This document shows, piece by piece, positions 57,721 through 64,000 of a stretch of 64,000 bases of DNA. This DNA is from Patescibacteria group bacterium (GTDB taxonomy: Bacteria > Patescibacteriota > Patescibacteriia > PEXW01), in contig JBAYJA010000004.1 in NCBI GenBank assembly GCA_041665345.1, positions 48,122-112,121 of the forward strand, read 5' to 3'. The first letter of the stretch is position 1. Every line of letters starts with the position of its first letter. The notes beneath the pieces are model-generated. The model saw only the letters and a program-made list of their open reading frames with translations. It searched no databases and was not told the DNA's origin. Position numbers and translations under genes: made by a program.

Positions 57721-58944
57721 TCACACATGTGAGGCTGTTTTTGCTTGAAAATATTTTTGGATTCGCCGTAACCATCTTCCGGTAAGTGACCCAATAACCA
57801 TCAGCCAAAAAATTCCAGTCCATCCGTACAAATCAAGCAATGGACTCCGTGTTGCATCCCACCAAGTCCAAGAGATAACGAATTGCGTCACCACAAAGCT
57901 AAAGCAAAATAGTACTACCGCCCGCAGCCAATGTCTTGGAAGAAAATAGGCGAGTGATATACTTGGCCCCAGAGTGAGTACGAGCGCTAGGAAGAATGAA
58001 TGCGTGATAAAAACAAGCACGGACATCCCCACCCCAAGAATGACCAAAATACCTGATGGCTCATTCCGTACCTGTCGTGCCACTGCGGTACGAAATGTTT
58101 GTAATCCCAAAAGCACAAATGTTACAGCTGCAACGCCGAAGGAAATGAAATGCCGTTGGATGAGAATCGGATCCATAGCATCTTTGATCGGATTGGCCAC
58201 ATAATCTATCATTTCCCTTTTAAAAGGCCAGAATACAGATTCAAGAAAAAACTCCATGAAAATAAAAACCAAAAAGGGTACGCCGATCAGCAAAAAACTA
58301 TTCAGGTAGAGCCGATCGAGTTTGAAGCGTGTCGGACCAAAGTCAGTAGGCTGTTCCATAATTCCCGCAACAAGTGTTACTGCACTTAATCCAATAGTAA
58401 CCGGAATTGCTGTCAGGAAACTGAGTAGTATATCCCAACCCACGGACTGCGGTCCGCCACCAGCGGGTGGTGTCAACATTGCCACCGTAGTGCTATATAT
58501 GAGAACCAAAATTCCAAGGTGAACAAAAAAACGCGTTAATGCATTTCCGGAACGATGCATTCTGGTCGCGGTTCGACCAACCCAAATCGCCATTGCCGTA
58601 CATCCAAAGTAGGCTACGAATTTTCCTAACATATAACTCAAACTTGCCTGCACAGATTGCCCAATGTTCGGAGCATTTTTTCCAAGGAGAAACCCTAGTG
58701 CAAGAAAAAACGCGATGCCGACAATCGGGACAAGCTGTAAACGAAAATTTGTATGCAACCACCCAATATGCACTCGGTTCAGCCGGGTGGCGAGTTGATC
58801 GGGTTTGCCCAGGGCATCTTCAGCAGATTCCGACTCGTCAACATCATCCAAATGCCCTTGCACTTCGGCAATGAGCTCTGCCCGTTTAGGTTCCCCTACC
58901 CGGAGTTTGGCGGTGAAGAGCTCTAAAAATTCCTGGGGGCTCAT
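57721..58944 (-). CDS. PadR-associated membrane protein (DUF1700-like N-terminus)
   Basis: ATG 58944 (MSPQEFLELFTAKLRVGEPKRAELIAEVQGHLDD...) overlaps the PadR stop as ATGA. Multiple TM helices. The track's 5' extension was rejected. Confidence 0.5.
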   Translation of the reverse strand: MSPQEFLELFTAKLRVGEPKRAELIAEVQGHLDDVDESESAEDALGKPDQLATRLNRVHIGWLHTNFRLQLVPIVGIAFFLALGFLLGKNAPNIGQSVQASLSYMLGKFVAYFGCTAMAIWVGRTATRMHRSGNALTRFFVHLGILVLIYSTTVAMLTPPAGGGPQSVGWDILLSFLTAIPVTIGLSAVTLVAGIMEQPTDFGPTRFKLDRLYLNSFLLIGVPFLVFIFMEFFLESVFWPFKREMIDYVANPIKDAMDPILIQRHFISFGVAAVTFVLLGLQTFRTAVARQVRNEPSGILVILGVGMSVLVFITHSFFLALVLTLGPSISLAYFLPRHWLRAVVLFCFSFVVTQFVISWTWWDATRSPLLDLYGWTGIFWLMVIGSLTGRWLRRIQKYFQAKTASHV

Positions 58945-59267
58945 ATAGCTGCAGCGTGCACAATGCGCGTGATGGTTTTTTGGAAAACCGCCCAATCCTG
59001 TTTCAACGCCTTCAGTTCCTTTTGCCCGCGCGTGGTCAGTTCGTACACCCGGCGCTTGCCTGAACTCACTTCTCGCCACGTACCGGTGATGAAACCCTTC
59101 TTCTCCAGATTGTGCAGGAGTGGGTAGAGCATGCCCATCCCGAATTTAAAGGTATCCGGCATTTGGTCACGAAGCGCCTGAGCCAAGGCATACCCATGCA
59201 TAGCTTTCTGGTCCAACGCGGCCAGGATGAGCATCCGCGAATGGCCTTTGAGTTGTTCTTTATTCAT
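58941..59267 (-). CDS. PadR-family transcriptional regulator
   Basis: LILAALDQKAMHGYALAQAL...GMLYPLLHNLEKKGFI (PadR wHTH signature). Confidence 0.7.
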   Translation of the reverse strand: MNKEQLKGHSRMLILAALDQKAMHGYALAQALRDQMPDTFKFGMGMLYPLLHNLEKKGFITGTWREVSSGKRRVYELTTRGQKELKALKQDWAVFQKTITRIVHAAAI

Positions 59268-59380
59268 ATTGTATATCGTATTACGATATAGAGAGTATAG
59301 AACATACTTTTCTTATGTCAAATGTGTACGATCTAAAAAACAGCGCACCTTTCGGTACGCTGTCAAAGAACGAAAATCAG

Positions 59381-60250
59381 TTACACTGGCCGGTTTGTCA
59401 CTAAGACAACCATCAGTACCCAAACAAGCGCGGTTACGGCGTGGTGTGTGCCGCGAATAAAGAATGTACGCAGGCCGGAAATCAACCACGTGAAGAGTAA
59501 ACACAAACCAAGGAGGAGGCATAGATACCCAGTGTTCAGTAAAGGACTACCCTCATGCGGGAATACAAGCGTAAAAAAAGTAATGGTAAATAGTGCTACG
59601 ATTCCCGCTACCCGCATACCGCCGCCAATGCCAATGTACACCGGTGGATCTTCAATGCTTACCTTCAGCGGCATATCTGCCAGATCAGGATTGCGACTTG
59701 CTTCATCTAATCGCTTCAACACTTCTCGCAAAAGATACGTTGAAAATGTAAACAACATTAGCTGTCCAATGACGCTACCCTGAGCAAAACTTGCGTCCAA
59801 TGATCCCATAACGACGCAATTCATGCAGATATAGGCGACAATTGTGCTTTGGTAAAACCAGTATCGAGTCTTACCGCAGACCAATGTGTATGCCATTACC
59901 GCCATACCTTGCATGAGCATGATCAGTAATCCTACCCATGGTAAGAAGCGGGCGCATAGGATCAAGGCGAGCAAGAAGGAAGCTGCCGCCGCCAGGAAGA
60001 GCACATGTCGGTACTCTGGGAGTGGGCGGTCAATGAATTTTGGGAGGTACTTCATTCCTCGCCACGGTGAGCCAGCGTAGAACAAACTTGCTGCCAGACA
60101 GCATAAACTCATGACCACGGCTGGCATGAACGCTGCAACTGACCACGGGTCGATCATTGTCGTGAGAAGTGTGGTTGCCCACGTGCCAGCAAAGGCAGTG
60201 AGGCAGGCGACTGGCCGGGTAGCCAGGCAAAAAATTTTTAAAGGACTCAT
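59381..60250 (-). CDS. Multi-pass integral membrane protein, unknown function
   Basis: About 8 TM helices. GGAGG ribosome-binding site upstream of ATG 60250. Confidence 0.45.
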   Translation of the reverse strand: MSPLKIFCLATRPVACLTAFAGTWATTLLTTMIDPWSVAAFMPAVVMSLCCLAASLFYAGSPWRGMKYLPKFIDRPLPEYRHVLFLAAAASFLLALILCARFLPWVGLLIMLMQGMAVMAYTLVCGKTRYWFYQSTIVAYICMNCVVMGSLDASFAQGSVIGQLMLFTFSTYLLREVLKRLDEASRNPDLADMPLKVSIEDPPVYIGIGGGMRVAGIVALFTITFFTLVFPHEGSPLLNTGYLCLLLGLCLLFTWLISGLRTFFIRGTHHAVTALVWVLMVVLVTNRPV

Positions 60251-60561
60251 CTTTTCCTCCAGGTTTTAAGTATTTTGAGTTTTTTTCACCTTAGCTCCGG
60301 ACCGATGGAATGTCAAAAGGCTAGGACTTCTTTTGAAGGAGTAGGGACTTTAGCCTCTCGTAAGTATAAGAGACTAAAGTCTCTACTCCGCCAGTAGCGA
60401 TCTATGTTCGGTTTTATGTAACCAAAAGGCGAGGTCAAGGGACCTCACCTACCCACATAAGCAATAACGAAAAGAAATGATTGACAACCGTACCGGCTGT
60501 TGGTAGGGTCAAAAAAAGACAGGATTAAAAAGATATTTACAAACCCCAAGGAGGTACGCAT

Positions 60562-61125
60562 ATGAGTAAACGTGATTGGATCATCGGTGGCCTGTTTTTC
60601 CTGGCAACACTTGTTATGTTCGCCATTTGGAAAGACAAAATGCTGGAGGTGGATGATGAGCAAACGCGAGCTGCCCAGGTTGATTACTCCATTCCGATTC
60701 TGGAGCTGCTGGCACAGCACGGGTATGATTACTCAACATCAGAAAAGCGAATTGTCGCTATCGATGATCGAAGTGATACAGCGTTCACTTTTGTTCCGGT
60801 GACGTTCTACTGTTTTTCAGACACCGGCCTAACGCCCGATACAATCTTGCAATTCTTTACGGCAGAGGGAATGGAACCTGCGACCCTTCGGGAGGCGTGC
60901 ATAGCGCTTGGTACAAATTCCCTGGTGTCTGGGGATTTCTGTGTCATCGCTTTAGGAACGAAGATGAAGGATGACCGATTCGTCAATGATGACTATAGTA
61001 CTTTTCGATTTGCTCGGTTGACGTATTGCTTGGGTGTCAAAGGTGCACAAATGGCACTGGACAATCCGATGTTGCCCGACGCAATAAACTACTACGCTGC
61101 AAAACCGAGAGCGAAGCAAACGTAA
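60562..61125 (+). CDS. Hypothetical signal-anchored protein, flanked by 32-bp direct repeats
   Basis: GGAGG ribosome-binding site. N-terminal TM segment IIGGLFFLATLVMFAIW. The repeats are at 60425..60456 and 61187..61218. Confidence 0.45.
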   Translation: MSKRDWIIGGLFFLATLVMFAIWKDKMLEVDDEQTRAAQVDYSIPILELLAQHGYDYSTSEKRIVAIDDRSDTAFTFVPVTFYCFSDTGLTPDTILQFFTAEGMEPATLREACIALGTNSLVSGDFCVIALGTKMKDDRFVNDDYSTFRFARLTYCLGVKGAQMALDNPMLPDAINYYAAKPRAKQT

Positions 61126-61149
61126 TCCACTGAAGCACATTGATGTAAT

Positions 61150-61180
61150 AAGCCGCAGGTTTGCACCTACGGCTTTTTTG
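61150..61180 (+). terminator. Rho-independent terminator
   Basis: aagccgcagg-tttgca-cctacggctt (one mismatch) followed by tttttt. Confidence 0.45.
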
Positions 61181-61233
61181 TTACGCAAAGGCGAGGTCAA
61201 GGGACCTCGCCTACCCACCTTGGGATTTACTAA

Positions 61234-63591
61234 CTAGAAATTTCCTGGACCACCACCACTGTCGTCGCGATGTGGGACGGGCCGTGGACCACGGTCGTGG
61301 AACCGGCCACCACCTCCGCCGCGAGAACCACCCCGGTCATGGAAGCCGCCGTTGCGGCCCATAGGCCGAGGCGCGTGACGACCAAAGCCACCACCGGCGT
61401 CGCTGTGGTCAAAAGCGGATTCAGGGACAACCAGGTCACTCTCTGGACCCAGAGCTTTTACGGACAGGCCAATGCGTCCGCGCTCCTTGTCCACTTCCAT
61501 CACTTTCACCTTCAGCTTCTGGCCAACCTGCACCACGTCGGACACAGCGCGGATGCGGCCATTGGCGAATTCGGAAATGTGCACCATGCCGTCCTTCCCA
61601 GGAGTGAGTTCCACAATTGCGCCAATCTCGCTCCCGGAATTCCGGTCTTTCATAATCTGGGTTACCGTCCCTTCAAACACTTCGCCTGGGGTAATTTCCC
61701 GGGTAATGTTCTCAATCCAGGTTTTGGCTTTGTCGGCCATTTCCGCATTGGTGGAGGTAATGAAGATCATGCCATCGTCTTCAATGTCAATCTTGGTCAC
61801 GTCAATGCCACCGCACTCATCAATAATCTTGTTGATCGTTTCCCCACCCTTCCCAATCACTTCGCGGATCAGGTCTGGATTGATCTTCAGAGTGGTGATG
61901 CGTGGCGCGTATGGTGAAAGTTCCGCACGTGGTGCAGCAATGGCTTCACTCATGACCTGCAGGATTTGCAGCCGGGCTTTCTTGGCGCCGGTGAGCGCTT
62001 CTTCCACCATGGGCATGGTCAGGCCGTCAATTTTAATGTCGACCTGAATGGCGGTAATGCCTTCGGCTGTGCCGGCGACTTTGAAGTCCATGCCGCCGCT
62101 GTGATCTTCAATACCTTGAATGTCGGTAATGATCTTGTAGCGGTTGGCATCCTTGGGATCCACAATCACCCCCATGGCAATACCTGCCACTGGAGCGGTG
62201 ATAGGCACACCCGCGTCCATCAACGCCAGGGATGAACCGCAGGCAGAGGCCTGTGAGGTGGAACCGTTGGAAGACAGCACTTCGGAAACCACGCGAATGG
62301 TGTACGGGAACGCTTCCTTCTCTGGGAGCACAGGCAGCAAAGCTTTTTCCGCCAAGGCGCCATGACCAATTTCCCGGCGGCCAGGGCCGCGGTTGGGTTT
62401 CACTTCACCCACAGAGTAGGAAGGGAAATTGTAGTGGTGCATGTAGCGCTTCTTGCCCGTCTCTTCCATGCCGTCCAAGGTCTGCTCATCCCCAGGGCTG
62501 CCCAAGGTGATGATGGACATGACTTGGGTTTCACCACGTTGGAACAAACCTGAACCGTGGGTGCGTGGTAACAGAGCAACGGCAGCACTGAGCGAGCGCA
62601 CTTCATCCAATGCTCGGCCATCCACGCGCTTGCCAGTTTCCAGCACCAACTCAGTGGCAGCTTCGTCAGCCAAGTCTGCCAACATGCCCACGCCAGCGGC
62701 GCGGAGCTCTTTAGACACTTCGTTGTCGGCTTTCAGCTGGACATCCAGCTCTTCCTTCAATTTTGCCATCGCGGCTTTCTGCTCAGCTTTGTCTGGACTG
62801 GCGAACAAGCTGGCTTTGCGTTCAGCGGTCAAGAAAGCTTTCACTTTCGTCTTCACTTTTTCCGTGTCGGCATTCGCTTCGGCGGTTGTCAGCTCAACCT
62901 TGGGTTTGCCAACGGCAGCAACCACGTCTTCAATGAGCGCAATGACTTTCCGAATGTGCTTCTGACCAAAATTGATGGCGTCTACCACGGTCTGCTCTGG
63001 TACCTGCTTGGCGCCGGCTTCCAGCATGACCACCTTGTCTTTGTTGGCTGCGAGTACCAGGTCAATGGCGCTCTTGTCGCGTGCTTCGTAGCTGGGGTTC
63101 AAGACCCACTCGCCGTTAATTTGGCCAACGCGGACACCGGCCAAGGGACCGTTCCACGGAATTTCGGACATGCTCAAAACCGTGGCCGCGGCAATCAACG
63201 CCGGCACGTCGGGGTCGTTCTCTTGGTCAACGGAAAGTACCAAGATGCTGACCTGCACGTCGTTCCGCGTGGACTGGTTGAACAGCGGGCGGATGGAGCG
63301 GTCAATCACCCGGCCGGTGAGGATGGCCTCATCCGTGGGGCGACCTTCCCGCTTGATGAAGCGGGAGCCTTTAATTTTGCCGGCGGCGTACAGCCGTTCT
63401 TCGTAGTCCACCATCAGGGGGAAGAAATCAATTCCTTCCCGCACGGAGTTGGAGCGAACCACGGTGGCGAGCACCACGGTGTCTCCGTAGCGTACGGTGC
63501 AAGCGGCGTTGGCGAGACCGGCGTACTTACCGGTTTCGATACTGAGGGTTTTGCCGCCAATCTCGGCGGAAAACATTTTGGGTTCTGACAT
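61234..63591 (-). CDS. pnp: Polyribonucleotide nucleotidyltransferase (PNPase) with Arg/Gly-rich C-terminal tail
   Basis: Two RNase PH domains, KH and S1 domains; phosphate-binding signature SACGSSLALMDAGVPI (conserved PNPase/RNase PH motif). Tail GGGFGRHAPRPMGRNGGFHDRGGSRGGGGGRFHDRGPRP. ATG 63591 chosen (MSEPKMFSAEIGG); the track start is GTG. Confidence 0.85.
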   Translation of the reverse strand: MSEPKMFSAEIGGKTLSIETGKYAGLANAACTVRYGDTVVLATVVRSNSVREGIDFFPLMVDYEERLYAAGKIKGSRFIKREGRPTDEAILTGRVIDRSIRPLFNQSTRNDVQVSILVLSVDQENDPDVPALIAAATVLSMSEIPWNGPLAGVRVGQINGEWVLNPSYEARDKSAIDLVLAANKDKVVMLEAGAKQVPEQTVVDAINFGQKHIRKVIALIEDVVAAVGKPKVELTTAEANADTEKVKTKVKAFLTAERKASLFASPDKAEQKAAMAKLKEELDVQLKADNEVSKELRAAGVGMLADLADEAATELVLETGKRVDGRALDEVRSLSAAVALLPRTHGSGLFQRGETQVMSIITLGSPGDEQTLDGMEETGKKRYMHHYNFPSYSVGEVKPNRGPGRREIGHGALAEKALLPVLPEKEAFPYTIRVVSEVLSSNGSTSQASACGSSLALMDAGVPITAPVAGIAMGVIVDPKDANRYKIITDIQGIEDHSGGMDFKVAGTAEGITAIQVDIKIDGLTMPMVEEALTGAKKARLQILQVMSEAIAAPRAELSPYAPRITTLKINPDLIREVIGKGGETINKIIDECGGIDVTKIDIEDDGMIFITSTNAEMADKAKTWIENITREITPGEVFEGTVTQIMKDRNSGSEIGAIVELTPGKDGMVHISEFANGRIRAVSDVVQVGQKLKVKVMEVDKERGRIGLSVKALGPESDLVVPESAFDHSDAGGGFGRHAPRPMGRNGGFHDRGGSRGGGGGRFHDRGPRPVPHRDDSGGGPGNF

Positions 63592-63708
63592 AGGCACAGG
63601 TGGCACGCCCGCTCGCCCATAGTTTGCAGTGAGTGCAGCGCCAAAAGGCAGACGCGGCGGTCACTTCAAACTTTGAACTGTGCGGTGGGTGCGGTTAAAA
63701 AAAGAGAA

Positions 63709-64000
63709 CTACCGACGGAGTAAACGGAGCCGACCTTCACGGGCCAGGCGGCTGGGTATAATGAACGAACGTTTATCTTTGGAAAGGTCGGTGAAGAGGT
63801 CAACTTCTTCTTTGAGTTTGATGGCTGTGGATTCACCGTAGGCCATGCCTTCCACCCGCACACCTTGGTGCTGCAAGGCCTGGACCAGGGGAATGAAGTC
63901 ACCATCACCCGTGACGAGAATGACGACGTCCAGCTTGGGGGCGAAGCGCAGCGCGTCCACGGTCATGCCCACATCCCAATCACCTTTCTTCGTCCCATCG
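63709..64000 (-). CDS. NYN/LabA-like domain protein (partial, continues beyond window)
   Basis: ...DVGMTVDALRFAPKLDVVILVTGDGDFIPLVQALQHQGVRV is the NYN nuclease-like signature. The ORF stays open in frame upstream of the track's Met to the window edge. Confidence 0.45.
   Translation of the reverse strand, partial: DGTKKGDWDVGMTVDALRFAPKLDVVILVTGDGDFIPLVQALQHQGVRVEGMAYGESTAIKLKEEVDLFTDLSKDKRSFIIPSRLAREGRLRLLRR

Overview
The 64 kb window looks bacterial: about 55% GC with one AT-rich island, densely packed genes mostly on the minus strand, GGAGG-type ribosome-binding sites and many rho-independent terminators. The gene content (giant secreted proteins, dockerin/cohesin modules, small genome-style housekeeping genes with odd tails, many hypotheticals) suggests a Candidate Phyla Radiation (CPR)/Patescibacteria-like organism; that placement is inference. 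The supplied ORF track takes the longest ATG/GTG/TTG ORF, so several starts were trimmed to the first ATG that has a ribosome-binding site or the expected family N-terminus.

Main contents:
- Surface-protein locus (1-21767): three tandem paralogous membrane-anchored cohesin-like proteins, a dockerin protein, a secreted protein with a C-terminal membrane anchor, a 363-aa secreted protein, and a giant secreted protein of about 3655 aa (second half of the 3758-aa ORF). The last two share a roughly 160-aa C-terminal beta domain ending in YIATxTF. Further along sits a dockerin-tagged HExxH metalloprotease behind a near-consensus sigma70 promoter.
- Nucleotide/DNA-sanitation operon: rdgB, a patatin-like phospholipase and an alkyltransferase-like (ATL) protein (catalytic Cys replaced by Trp), with a convergent radical SAM gene next to it.
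- Two paralogous TrmB-family regulators, tRNA-Gly(UCC), an inositol monophosphatase, a DUF218 protein, nfo, a stand-alone receiver domain, an unannotated 43-aa basic ORF, a CYTH-P-loop fusion and tig.
- Minus-strand lipid cluster: hppA, two PlsC acyltransferases, a PaaK-like adenylate-forming ligase and a second patatin.
- nusA, next to an IS481-family element with a frameshifted transposase and an AT-rich island of hypotheticals.
- yjbQ, yraN, a methyltransferase, rnhB with a roughly 70-aa Lys-rich tail, a cmk-like kinase sitting in a roughly 1 kb structured non-coding region with TACGAA direct repeats, NUDIX, a cold-shock-domain fusion protein with a long 5' UTR, HAD, a PadR-DUF1700 pair, pnp with an RGG tail, and a partial NYN-domain gene.
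- Several short dispersed repeat families (MITE-like GTCATTCTGA elements, a GGAGTAGAGACT hairpin, GGCTTAC heptamers, and 32-bp direct repeats flanking one gene).

No CRISPR array or rRNA gene was seen.
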